Below, piece by piece: positions 50,641 to 62,600 of a stretch of 64,000 nt of DNA. This DNA is from Lama guanicoe (taxonomy: Eukaryota): assembly GCA_013239625.1 (NCBI GenBank), contig MU053557.1:2696123-2760122 (forward strand). Direction: 5' to 3'. The position numbers and the translations under genes were made by a program. Each line of letters opens with the position of its first letter. Position 1 is the stretch's first letter. The notes beneath the pieces are model-generated. The model did no database searches. It was not told the DNA's origin and worked only from the letters and a program-made list of their open reading frames with translations.

Positions 50641-51269
50641 TTTTTAATAAAAAATGCTGCTCATATAGTTAAGTATAAATGAAGCAAAAAATGTACAGAG
50701 AATGTAAAAACCACTCAGTAAATGTAACTTCTCTGCCCTTATATTATGTTTCCAGGGATAAGAACCATGTTGATCATCCATAAGAATGGATGATCCATCC
50801 ATTGTCTTTCTTACCTATTTTCCTACTTGTTCCATAACACAGCATACTAACCACTGTATGATCACAGCTTCTTACTTGTTCCAAAGGCAGATATTTGTGA
50901 GTTAGATATTTGGGTACAGTATGCAGTCTTGAAACAACTAAGTCCACTGGCTTCTCTACATCTTTATAATCGCCAAACTCTACCTCTTTGAAGCCTGCAC
51001 TATTGGTCAGGAGTATGGTCCCCAAATCAGCCCATTTGGCAACAGTAACAATGAATGACCTCAGGAATGAGATGTATTACACACCCAAGCCCATCAATCT
51101 AAGGGCTATGGCGTGCCAAGTTGCTCTACCCAAAGAACCTTGTGCCAAGGATATAGGTAGCTGACATTTTGCAGAGGTACTGAAGAAAAATGAGCATTCT
51201 TCTGCCAAACTGCAAGATTTCATCTAGTTGAGAATTCAGTGAAAGTTACTTTATTGAGCATTCTAATAT

Positions 51270-51490
51270 CATGGAAAGAGCTCTGTTTCAGGAATCAGAA
51301 TCTCTGGACCTCAGTCTTGTCTCCACCACAAACCAGCTATGTGTTCATGGGCAAGTTGATTAACCTCACAGGATTTGCTTTTTCATTGGGGAAATGAGAC
51401 TTGTTCTCCAAACTCTTTGTACATAGTAGATAAAAGAGTTGTGAAAATATTTTGCAGAAATACAAAACCCCATCAGAAGTATAAGATGAG
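51270..51490 (+). mobile_element. MIR relic
   Basis: 'ggaaagagctctgtttcaggaatcaga...accagctatgtgttcatgggcaagttgattaacctc'. Confidence 0.75.
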
Positions 51491-51906
51491 ATTATTATTT
51501 TATGTAACTCCTTCCTTGCCTAAAATTTGGCTGCTAAAATATCAAGCTGGTTAGCCAAGTTGGTTTACTGACAGACTAATCTGAAAGGCAAGAGGAAGGG
51601 GGATTGTTTAAAATGGAAAATTATCAGCTGTATCGAGGACATCCATGGAACTATGTGCTCAGTTGTTTTGATGGTTAAGAGGGATTCATTTCTAATGGCC
51701 TTACTTCTCTGTAAGCTTGGAAAATCCCTAGATCAGTGAATGTTCATATAAAATAGGCTGAGAAACCTTTCCATGCAAGCAAAAAGGATTATCACCAAAC
51801 CACTACATCACTAAATGGGACATAAGACATTCATGGTAGCTCAACAGCAGCAAATGGAGTCTCAATCTATTTTACCAAAGACACCTTTAGATGCCTATTC
51901 AGATTT

Positions 51907-52039
51907 TCTTTCTTTCTTTTTTCGTGGGGGGAGGTAATTAGGTTTATTTTATTTATTTTTGGAGGAGGTACTGGGGGTTGAACACAGGACCTCATGCATG
52001 TAAAGCATGTACTCTGCCACTTGAGCTGTACCCTCCCCC
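51907..52039 (-). mobile_element. tRNA-Ala-derived SINE (Vic-1 type)
   Basis: Same head and 'aataaacctaattacctcccc' tail as the 49215 copy; attcagattt repeated at 51897-51906 and 52042-52051 (TSD). Confidence 0.9.
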
Positions 52040-53589
52040 TCATTCAGATTTCAAGGTGCCAAGTTATTTACCCTTGCAAGTCTACATTAGAGAGTAAAAT
52101 TTAGCCTATAAGTAGATTGACTGGAACAGCAGTAAAAGGAGACAGTGAGAAGGGCATATTTATATAGGGAGAGAAAAAGAAATTCCATCTGGAGTTAAAC
52201 TTGGAGAGATGAATAAAAGATAGCATTAGTACTACTGACTGTTTTTACATCTTATTGAGAGGATTCAACCAAGAGACTCAAGAGCAAAGAGATAAAAATC
52301 AAGGAAACAATTTCTTTGATGCCTTTGCATTTACCTTGGACTATGGTTTCCCCTCAAGTTATTTGACATATTGGAATGGCTTTGAGATGTGACCTCATCA
52401 TTCTGCTTTTCATATTATAGCTCTTTTAAAAAATATTTTGAGGTCAACACAAATAGGTAAAAGTAAAGACCATAAGTATAAGTTTTTCTTGGGCCTGTAT
52501 TTGGAAAGGTAAAAAAATTTTTAAGTCATTGTTTGTAATGCTGTAAAGCTGATTGCTTGATTAGTCACTCAAACTCCTGGTCTAGATCATCTTACTAAAG
52601 TTTTCCCTCAGTATAGCAAAAACAGAGGTTAGGGAGGTTGCTGAGACCATGGTCAATGACTGAGAAGGAAACTGAGGCATCTCAGTCATAAAACACACCA
52701 TACCTTCCAAAGCCAAGATCATCTCATCAGTGGATGGTGGTGTTTTCCTATCTCCATTTCCCTCATAAAACATACCTATGATCTGTCACTAACAGCCACT
52801 CTGCAATATACTACAGTTGACCTGCTGCCCCCATGAGCAGACCTCTCCAGTGGGCCTGGTTGTCACTAATCCACTGATTGAAGATTTTAAGACTGGCTTT
52901 GGCAAAACATGCCAGAAATTCCTTCAGGGTAATTAAAACCACCTTCTGTGTCAATAAACAGACTGTGAGATCCTTCATGTGCAGAGGGGCTGGCTCTGAC
53001 CCACAGGCTCTAGGACATTTTTTCTTAGATGGCTTTTCCATCACTGCAATTGATTTTCATTGACTTATTCATATCCTTTCCCAGCCCCCTTGTGGAATGA
53101 CTGGTTGAGCTCAGAGATATCACCTTACCTTTCCTGTTTAAGCAAAGACACAGGACCAAAGGAGCTCTGAACCTAAGGGCCAAGCTCATTGCCAAAACCC
53201 TTTCATCCAGACCTACAGTTAAGAGAGCTTGAATGGAATTCTTGTTACAGAACTTCACAGCTACTAGCGTCCACTGATCACCACTCTTCCAGGGTTCAAT
53301 CTGATTTTCATCTGAAGAATTATTAATGTGACTTCAAAGTAAAAGGAAGAACTCAGGTGAATACAGATATTCAGAAACTTGTTCTTTGCACATAACAGAC
53401 ACTCTATGAATTATTTTCTCCCATAATTTCAGCTTTATAATTTTTATTATGTAAACAATGCATATACTTATTGGAAACTGTTATACATTGGAGAACATAA
53501 AGATAAATAGTAAAAATTACTAAAAATCCCATCAGCCTGAGGTAAGTCTCATTAATATTTTGGCAGCTTTTCTTTTCATTGAATTATTT

Positions 53590-53720
53590 CTTTTTAAAAT
53601 TTTTATTATTTGGGGGGGATTAGGTTTATTTATTTTTACTTTTTAATGGAGGTTTGAGGGATTGAACCCAGGACCTCGTGCATGCTAAGCATGTGCTCTA
53701 CCACTGAGCTATACCTCCCC
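53590..53720 (-). mobile_element. tRNA-Ala-derived SINE (Vic-1 type)
   Basis: Minus strand 'ggggaggtatagctcagtggtagagcacatgcttagcatgcacgaggtcctgggttcaatcccc'; TSD ttcattgaRttattt (53575-53589, 53727-53741). Confidence 0.9.
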
Positions 53721-54470
53721 ACTCTGTTCATTGAGTTATTTACGTACATATACAGAAATTTAAGCAGGAGGAATCAATTGTACTCTTCTTGTCACAGGTG
53801 TGGTGAACTATAAATTTTTGGTTTTTTTTTTTACTTCTTCCCTCTTCCTTGTAACCAATGTTAATAACCTTTTTATATATTTTATTCATACTGATATCAT
53901 CATAGACCAATTCATATGGCATGAATGAGGCTTCGGTTGCTCAGTAATAGTTGTTGAATGTTTAAAGAGTAAAACAACAGAACAAGAACAAATGAATGGA
54001 TGAAAAAATAAATAATGGGCTATGATCTTAATTAGCCAGTACAATTTCCAAGTGATTGCAAAAATCATATGGCACATCTTGTGACCCCTCTCCTGTACCT
54101 TTAAACCCTAGTGAGGATAAGACAACCTGGTTTCAACATGTTAGAGGGAGCTCCAAGTTTAAACTCCCATAAAGAATATGTAACTGGCTGCTGCCCCCTA
54201 ACTACAGAGACATAATCAGTTTACTCTCAAACTCAAAACCGTTTCAAAAACCATTTACTAAGTACCTGTATGCCAAGGACTACACTGTCCTCTGTAGGAT
54301 AAACTAAAGGATTAAAGATATGATGATTGTATCCCAGGAATTTCTTTCCAGTTGAGGAGACAACATTTAGGTCTGCCTCCTTCTGGCAGGCTGTCTGAAC
54401 TTGGACCTCAGTTTTAGCATTCATGAAATGGGGATGAAACCTAGACATCACAGGATTGTTGTTATGATTT

Positions 54471-55010
54471 TAAAAAAGAGTAAAACAATGCCACTTTCAG
54501 CAACATGGGTGGACCTTGAGATTGTCAATCTAAGTGAAGTAAGCCAGAAAGAGAAAGAAAAATATCATATGGTATCACTTACATGTGTAATCTAAAAAAA
54601 TGAGACAAATGAACTTACTTACAAAACAGAAACAGACTCACAGACACAGAAAACAAACTTATGGTTACCAGGGGGGAAAGTGGTGGGAAGGGATAAATCA
54701 GGAGTTCGGGATCTGCAGATACTAACTACTATATATAAAATAAACAACAAGGTCCTACTGTATAGCACAAGAAACTATATTCAATATCTTGTAATGACCT
54801 ATAATGAAAAAGAATATGAAAAGGAATATATATATATATATATATATATANNNNNNNNNNNNNNNNNNNNNNNNNNNNNNNNNNNNNNNNNNNNNNNNNN
54901 NNNNNNNNNNNNNNNTATATATATATATATATATATATCTGAATCACTATGTTGTACACCAGAAATCAACACATCATAAACTGACTATGCTTCAACTGAA
55001 AAGAAGAAAA
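54471..55010 (+). mobile_element. 5'-truncated cetartiodactyl-type L1 (ORF2 end + 3' UTR) containing an (AT)n tract
   Basis: Encodes 'MPLSATWVDLEIVNLSEVSQKEKEKYHMVSLTC' (ORF2 terminus); UTR 'aaacaacaaggtcctactgtatagcac...tgaatcactatgttgtacacc'. Confidence 0.93.
54851..54915. other. Assembly gap (65 N) within an (AT)n microsatellite
   Basis: Run of N flanked by (TA)n on both sides. Confidence 0.99.
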
Positions 55011-56402
55011 TAATTCAAGGACTTCAGGAAAAGCATCATGGGAAAATGTGGATGAGAGGCAGGCCCTGTAGATATCAAGGAAGGGGAAAGGGTGTTTATA
55101 GGAGCAGGGAAGCAGGAATGGCCTGGGTTAGTGAGGACCCCACCACCAGCCAGCCTGCTTGGTTTGAAGATGAGTGAGGAGAGACTCAGGTGGATGAGGG
55201 GCCAGGCAGGAAACAGTAAGGTTTATAAGCACAGGAGAAAATTGTGCACAGGCTAATCTTCTTAAAGGGTCAAACAAAAGAAGGAAAATATTTTTTTGCC
55301 TTTTTAGCACGTGCCAATTTCTAGATCATGGCCAACCATATGAGTGACTCAAAGGCAACCTGCTTGTCACGTAACTGGAAAAAGAAAAAAAAAACCTGGC
55401 CTGCACAATGGGCTCAAATCCAAGCTTCTTAGACTTATAGGAAAAATTCTGATCGGAAAATTTCCATCTCAAATTGTGTTGAGGAAGCTGAGGGACTGAG
55501 TAAGCATGTTGGCAGCAGAAGCACAATATGATAATCAGTCTGCTTTTGCATTTTCACCACACTGCACAGAGTTCTTCAGGTCCTGGGGAGACCTTAGTAA
55601 GTTTTGATCTCTGACCCATCAAGGGGTCAGAGAACCGATAAGGAAATACACTTTGTTCACAAATGGAACTGCACCAAGAACTTTCCCCCTACATCCTATG
55701 AAGTGACCAGAGGTGTTCAGACTTCCAAAGCTGAGTATGTTAGTTTCACCCAGGCTAATCCTACAAAACGGGAATGGGATTAGATATTAACTGTTGCAAG
55801 AGACATGAGTCAGAAGCACTGAACTGTCTCAGTCTCTTCTGGTAGCTCAGGGTTCCAGGGCAGCTCTTTTCCCCTCTGGTGTATCTTCTCTTTTTAAATG
55901 AGCAGTACTGATGAATTCCTGGAATTATGTCCCCGTGGATCTGCCTTGCTCTAACCAATACTCTTCCCACTCCATCCCACTTGCCCTGGCTTCCCAGAGA
56001 CAGCAGAAAAAGGAGATGAGAGAAAGATTTTAATATTACCATCTCAAATCATCATTGAAACTTGATGTTCCTAAAAGCTGTTTTTAATACTTTTAGTCCC
56101 CAGTGGAAGCAACTGTATCTCCTACTAACCATCACAAATCTTTATCCATTCATCCATCCATCCATCCATCCATGCATCCTTTAAATTTTATCTACTGAAC
56201 CCTTACTTAGGTTATAAACTGTGTATAGTTTTTAAATACTTCATAGAATTTTAAATAAAAAATATTTTTAAAGAACTTAGTATTCTCACTGTAATACCTC
56301 AAAATACTTCAGAGAAAGAAAAATGCCCCAAATACTCAAGCAAGATGAACTGAGTATTTTCAAATAGACTCCCAACTATAATACCCGAAGACTAATGAAA
56401 TG

Positions 56403-56592
56403 CAGTTGACCCTTGAACAACATGGGATTGAACTGTGCAGGTCTACTTGTACATGGTTATTTTTAATAGTAAATACTGGAGTATCACACAGTCCATGATT
56501 TGTTGAATCTGTGAGGAACCAGGAGTACAGAGCACTGCCTATAAATTATAAATTATATCTAATCAACTTTCACGTTGTTCAAGGGTCAACTA
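56403..56592. mobile_element. Tigger2-family MITE (TcMar-Tigger)
   Basis: TIRs cagttgacccttgaacaac ... gttgttcaagggtcaact(a), followed by TA. Confidence 0.9.
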
Positions 56593-57349
56593 TACTTTAG
56601 AAAGGGACTAAAAATCATTCACTCAAAATGTAATCCCAATGGTAGTTTATAAAATTTCTATGTTTCATTTTCATCAAATCATGCTCCCAATATCTGAAAG
56701 AAAACTAGAGGAGTCGGTTAATCTTGAGCCAATGATAGAGTCTAGTTCTCACAGATTTATCTGGGTTCCAATTGCATTCAGCCACATATATAGTATTAAC
56801 AAGAAAAAGTTAACACAGCTTTCAAAAATGTCAGATTGGAACCCCACAAGAGGCTAACTCATTAAACAACCATACTGGTTGTCATATTGGGTCAATCATT
56901 CTTTGCAATTACCAACTCACCGGTTTGAGGAAAATTAACATTTCTAGGTCAGCAGGTTTCATATACTTACCTACAACTGGTGCCCTGGAACCAGGAAAGT
57001 CATTTTATTTAATATAGGTGGGCCAACTAGATCCCAGAGAACAAGCTACTCACCCATGTATTTAATAGCAGAGGTGGAGCACTGAGCTCGCTTCCCTACT
57101 AGGAAGGGGAAAAGCACCAGGGCTTTGGGGGAGGACAAGGGCAATGTGACCAAATTAAAGCTCAGTGGTTATGTCTTTATGATTTTTTTTCTGATTTGCA
57201 CCCCACATACGTTCCCTGGGATGAACTTAAAACACTCTAAAAATGTGTGACAACGTAAAGTAAAATAGAGACCCAACAAAACTGGGACAGAGCCATAGCA
57301 ATTACAAAGGCACTCATGGTACTACTTTTGAAGAAGACAATTTATTAAT

Positions 57350-57790
57350 ATTGTCTAGAAACTTAATTGTTCCTACCACTTAACCCAGCAATTCTGACTT
57401 TAGGCACCTGTTCTAAGAAAATCGCTAGAGAGATGATTTAGATTCATACAATCATTTATCACACAAATATGATAGCAAGATATTGGAAATAATCTAAACT
57501 TCCAGCATTGGGTGATTGGTAAAATTATGGTTTAATTATAGGATGTTGCAAAAGAATGCTCACAGTATTGTGTTTGGGACCAAAACAAAATAAAAATAGG
57601 TAAGACACTATTTTACATATAATTCCTATACTCCTCCATCTCTCTCTCACACACGTGCACACACACACACCCCTACATACCCCCAGAAGAAAATGCATCA
57701 AGCATGTTTATAGTGATTATGTTTGGGGCTAGAGGTAAATTTTATCTTCTTTTTTACACTTTTCTTTATAATCCAAGTTTTCATCAGGGA
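57350..57790 (+). mobile_element. Ancient L1ME-type fragment
   Basis: 'taccacttaacccagcaattctgactttaggcacctgttctaagaaaat...tattggaaataatctaaac...tggtaaaattatgg'. Confidence 0.7.
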
Positions 57791-58350
57791 GCATATATTT
57801 TTTCTCTCATAGCCCCTATTCTTTTCTTACATAGCATTTAACTAAATTTATATTCATGTTCTTATATCTGTGTTTATTTAATGTGTGTTTTCCCAATAAA
57901 ATGCAAGCAATAAAATGAGAGGAGGGTATATATCTTTTTTTAAATTGCATACCTGGGTTTTTTGAGGGGCATAGTACCTGCTATATAATAAAAATTTTAA
58001 AAATGACTACTGAATGAGCAATTGCAGGTACATTATGTAGAAGATGTATGGGGATGTAGGGGGTTCTAAGGGACTATCAACACTCTGTCACATCTCTAGT
58101 CTCCAGTTCATTTGCTCAAACAATACATCATTTTCCTTGCTTAGTTTTGCCTCCTAAGGTCACACAAGACTCCATTCTCCATTAGGAATGTCTTTGCTTT
58201 TCCTCTCCACCTGTCAGAACCCCACCAAGACCCTACTTTTTCCACGAGGCTGTTCCTGTTCAGGGAAGCATCCCTTTCGCCCTCACCACACTCACTCACT
58301 GGGAAGATCAACTTTTTTGAACTTCACTGGGTTCCAAACACGTTTTTGAA

Positions 58351-58521
58351 CAGGGGTCAGCAAACTAAGGTCCATGGGCTGCCACTTGGTTTTGTAAACA
58401 GAGTTTTGCTACAACACAGCCATACCCACATACTACAACGGCAGAGGGACACAGACTGTATGGTCAGGAAGAACTAAAATATTTATTATCTGGCCCTTTA
58501 CAGGACAATTTACCAACCCTG
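58351..58521 (+). mobile_element. MER58A (hAT-Charlie)
   Basis: 'caggggtcagcaaacta...ggttttgtaaacagagttttgctacaacacagcca...ctaaaatatttattatctggccctttacag...ccaaccctg'. Confidence 0.9.
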
Positions 58522-59199
58522 TTCTAGAACACCTACATACTTGTGCAAAGCGCAGATAATACCAAATTTTTATCCTATTAGGTTATTCTTAGGGCAAAAT
58601 AGAATCCAAAGTATACTGCAAGAGCTTAGTAAAAAAGAAATTATTTATATATAATGCCTAATAATTAATAAATAATATACCTAGTTTTTTTTCTTAAGAA
58701 CATACATTTTTGTGTCAGACAGACCTGCTTTCAAGTCCTGAATCTGCTAATTGATACTGGGCAGATTACACAACTTGTCTAAACCTCCGTTTTGTCATAT
58801 ATTCTCCCACTTCCTTATTAAACATGTCATGAGTGCTATTTACCAGGCACTGTACTAGGAGATGGATAATAGACAATGGTGAATAAGACCTAAAAGTCTC
58901 ACCAGTTCAGCCTTAATCGTACATACAGCTGAGGGTTGTTGTGAGGATTAAATGATACACACACACACACAGCTATTATCATACATACATGCATACACAC
59001 CAATGTAATATACCATGTATACATAATATATAGGTATATCATATATGGTATATATAGAGTTCTTAACTCAGTTCTTGGTACACTGTAGGTACTCAGATGA
59101 TGGCTCTTCCTCCTCATGATAATTACAACAGAAGCTCTTTTAACAGAACTCTAAGAAGCTAACTTACTGGATGAAAAAAATACCTTCAATTCCCTCTGT

Positions 59200-59790
59200 A
59201 AAATGGGTCTCTAGACTGCCCTGTACTCACAGGTAACTTAGTAGGCAAATCTCTGGCTCACTGGCACACCTCTGCTTCTGGTTGAGCTACATGTCTACTG
59301 AGAGTCAGCTGTATTTGCTCTCAAATCTCCTGATGCTGCGTATACTTGCTATTTAATGAAATATCATGGAAGGTGATGAAAAGAATGGTGTAAAAAGGAA
59401 GAGAATGATTGTTTCCTATGAAAATGAAGTTGAATGCTTTCAAAAGATGACCAAGAACTGTCAATTCAATGTGGAAGAGAGAAAAGACTGGGGACAATCA
59501 GAAAAATTTAGAAGGATCTGTAGAAAGATTACTTCTCAGGTATCTAGACCCACTCAACTTTAAGGAAACCAAACCCAGACAAGGTCTTTATCATTTTGGG
59601 TGTGGTTTGTGCAAGAAAAATCAGCAGACCCATATTCCAAGATGAAGCCTTGATTCTTCAACAGGCTCTTCATCAAAATCAGGCAATGCTGTTTAAAATA
59701 GGTATATCATTTTTATGATTCTCTGCCTTAGCTTTTCCAATTTGCCATCAACTACTAGTCCCAAATGGATGGAGTGAGAGAGGGATACTT
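59200..59790 (+). mobile_element. Ancient Tigger element (Tigger15-like) with a decayed transposase N-terminus
   Basis: Frameshifted peptides KRKRMIVS / MKMKLNAFKR ... TLRKP ... WVWFVQEK resemble the CENP-B-type HTH region of pogo/Tigger transposases. Confidence 0.6.
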
Positions 59791-59794
59791 TTGT

Positions 59795-59980
59795 ATTGAT
59801 TTAATGCTCACATACAAACCATAACATGTTAGGCAGGGGGCAAGTTGCCTCATCCCCTGTCATACTTTATAGGCAAAAAAAATACTCAGAGAGATGGAGT
59901 GACTTGTCCAAGGCCTCAGAACTCGTACTGCTTGAGTTGGGTCTAGAGCCAGGCAGGCTTGGATTCCACCATCTCGGCCA
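59795..59980 (-). mobile_element. MIR relic
   Basis: 'actcagagagatggagtgacttgtccaaggcctcaga...gggtctagagccaggc'. Confidence 0.75.
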
Positions 59981-60208
59981 CGGGTGATAACACAGAGGCA
60001 AACACAGCACAGACTCACCCAGCCTGGCTTGTATAATCGATTAAGTACATTTTGAGAAGAACAGAGTGTCATCTGCCCAAATAGATGGAAAGATACATGA
60101 GAACAAGAACTTATACATCCCCACGCTTTTCAGCATCACTAGTATAGCAGCTGGCAAGAAATAAAATAATTTTGTGGGATTTGATGAATTTTCTTCCCTA
60201 TTTTATAA

Positions 60209-60698
60209 TGAGGTGGGAAGGCCCGTGAAAAAGACAGCAGGACCCCCAGGCAGGGCCACTACTCTCCTGCCAGCACCATTCAGTTCCCTGGCCCAGCGGC
60301 ATTATCTGGCTTTTTAACTTGGAAATGGCTTACTTCTAGGAAAGCAGAACTTATCTCTAAGATTCTATTGGTTCCCTGAGCTAACTCCTGATTGGTCCAT
60401 TTCTATTGCTCCTGATTGGTTCATTTCTATCACTCTTGATTGGTCCATTTCTACAAAGCGTGTTCCTAATTAGTCACCTTTGTTACACTTTATTTGCATA
60501 TGATGTTGTGAAGTATAGACTGGCAGCCTACAAGAGCCTGTGTAAACCTACAGATGGGGTCCAGAGCTTGGAGTGTTAACTCCTCTGGGCCCACTGGCAT
60601 AATAGACCTGAGTTCTCCAACTCTCCAATTGCTGCTTGGTCTCTCACCTGGATCCAGATTGCTGTCACAACTGAGCTGTGACATACTTTGCTGCAACA
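60209..60698 (+). mobile_element. Solo ERV1-type LTR (490 bp) with tandem CCAAT-box repeats
   Basis: TG...CA termini (tgaggtggg...gctgcaaca); flanks ataa/gtaa (3/4 TSD); three ~24-bp units with ATTGG; degenerate poly(A) signal 'aataga' near 60601. Confidence 0.8.
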
Positions 60699-61714
60699 GT
60701 AACAGTGGCAGAAATAGGGGCTTCTGGTTTCTCAAGGAATCAGGTTCACATGGGGTTTACAGCCCCCTCCATGGAGCACACAATAGCAGGGGAGATGTTC
60801 CCTTGTGCCTGTCAGACTGTGTCACTCAGAACTCAGCTTCACTGACTGGCACCTACTCTTCCCTGTCAGTGTGGTGAGATGAGCAGCGCCCTGCTCACCA
60901 GATGGTTATTTGTTCCACCAGCCACCTTTGCTGCATCCCTGATTCATTCCAGCCCAGGACAGTCTCCAGCATTCATGCTGCAAGGCAGCTCCTGCCAACA
61001 ACTTTGCCAAATGGCTCCTCTCAAAGTCATGGGCCGCCCAGACAGACTGGCTCCTCCATCTGCAGCACCTTTTGGCAAAGAGACGACTCCCTTTCTGGCT
61101 CCACTTCTTGGCTGCACCAGAGCCTTCTTGCCAGAAGGATGATCTGACCCATCAGTACATACAGCCAGACTTGGCATTGTCAGGCCATTTAAAGCCTCTG
61201 TCTGTGTCCCCCAGACTCACCCCGGAGCACAATGTCAGAACACACAAAACAGACTTAGATGATCACAAATACAGATGTAGTGCATCATGGAAACTTAGAG
61301 CCTGGAAAATCTATAGAGAGCATGCCTCCCCTCTCCCATCTTCAGCCTCATTTTAATAGATTAGGAGACTGAAGCCCAGAGAGTAAAAGTGACTAATTAT
61401 GGTGGCAGGACTGGGAATAACACCCAGGTCTGCTTATGTGCATTCCAAACTACTGCTTACCATAAAGACCACATAGCCTTCCAATTTCCCCCTCTGCTCA
61501 TTTTCAAACTCTAGATAAAAATTAGACTCTTTGAATCGGGATTGATTCAATGGAGAATTTCTTTAGAAAAAAATGAATAATCATTTCTCTGCGTCAGCAT
61601 CATGACTTAAAAAAACAAACAAACAAACAAACAAAAAACAAACCAGGCACGTCCATATACTACAGTTCCCTTGTGGATGGATGGAAAAGTGTTTTCTAGC
61701 TTTTTATGTTACAT

Positions 61715-61900
61715 AAAACATATGGACAGACCTGGACATGACTCCTATTCCACCACCTACTGTTGGGGGGCCTTGGACAAGTAATCTCATTTGGTTTCAC
61801 CTTGTCACTTCGGGGATATAAGGAGAGTAGCAACTAGAAAATACTTTAAAGCCCAAAGTTTGCTCCTGGCACACAGCAAGCCCTCTGCACGTGCTAGTAA
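61715..61900 (+). mobile_element. MIR relic
   Basis: 'gacagacctggacatgactcctattccaccacctactg...ccttggacaagtaatc...cctggcacacagcaagccctc'. Confidence 0.7.
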
Positions 61901-62119
61901 TCAACATGATTCTGTACTAACACTCAAATCCACAGAGGTTTAATATACCATATTATGTACCTATACATAGGTATGCCAGGTATTTCCATTTCTTACAGCA
62001 GGAAATTCAAGTTCATGAGGTTATCCAAGGTTATTCAGAGAAAAAAAAAAAGGACTTGAGATTCCTTCTTGTCCTTTGCTAAGAGACAAGGACAAGCATC
62101 TTGGCTTTACAGATGCTAA

Positions 62120-62600
62120 AATCAGGAAGGAGCATGTTTAAACAAAAACATATACACATGAACAATCACTGCAGCATCTTATGTAATACAAAAAACCGGA
62201 AAGCACTTTTCCATCCATCCAACTGTGGTACAGTCACACCAAGGGGCACTATGCAGCCGTTAAAAAGAACAAGACCAATGTACGTGTCCTGACATGGAAA
62301 GGTCTTTCAGATCTATCACTGAGTGGGAGAGAAAACAAAGTGCAAATAAAATGAGCAGTATGCATTCGGTTACACAAACAGTCCCTCCCCCAGTGTGTAT
62401 CTCTTCATGTACATTTAAACGTATGAAAGTGTACACAAAGGTGGCTTGAGGAAGCAGAGCAACACTGACAATGGTAACTCTGGGCAGGGAGGTGGGGTGG
62501 CTGTCAGGGTGGAGGGTGATTCATGCTTTGCTTTATCTACTTCTATGATGCCTGAATCCTTTCAAGTAAAAAGGCATTTATGCATTATTTGCCTTATAAA
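62120..62600 (+). mobile_element. Ancient L1ME-type fragment
   Basis: 'catatacacatgaacaatcactgcagcatcttatgtaatac...aactgtggtacagtcacac...actatgcagccgttaaaaagaac...gacatggaaag'. Confidence 0.72.

Noticed and set aside
53645..53720. tRNA-Ala(AGC)-like sequence as a tRNA gene (also 49290-49365 and 51965-52039)
   Set aside because: Each has a shared non-tRNA tail, an A-rich end and a TSD, and the stems are disrupted; they are SINE heads.
59366..59563. ORF beginning MEGDEKNGVKRKR as a domesticated TIGD-like gene
   Set aside because: Transposase similarity is split over several frames and truncated; it is a dead Tigger relic.
60385..60453. ~24-bp repeats as a CRISPR-like array
   Set aside because: The units are contiguous with no spacers, sit inside an LTR, and the DNA is mammalian.
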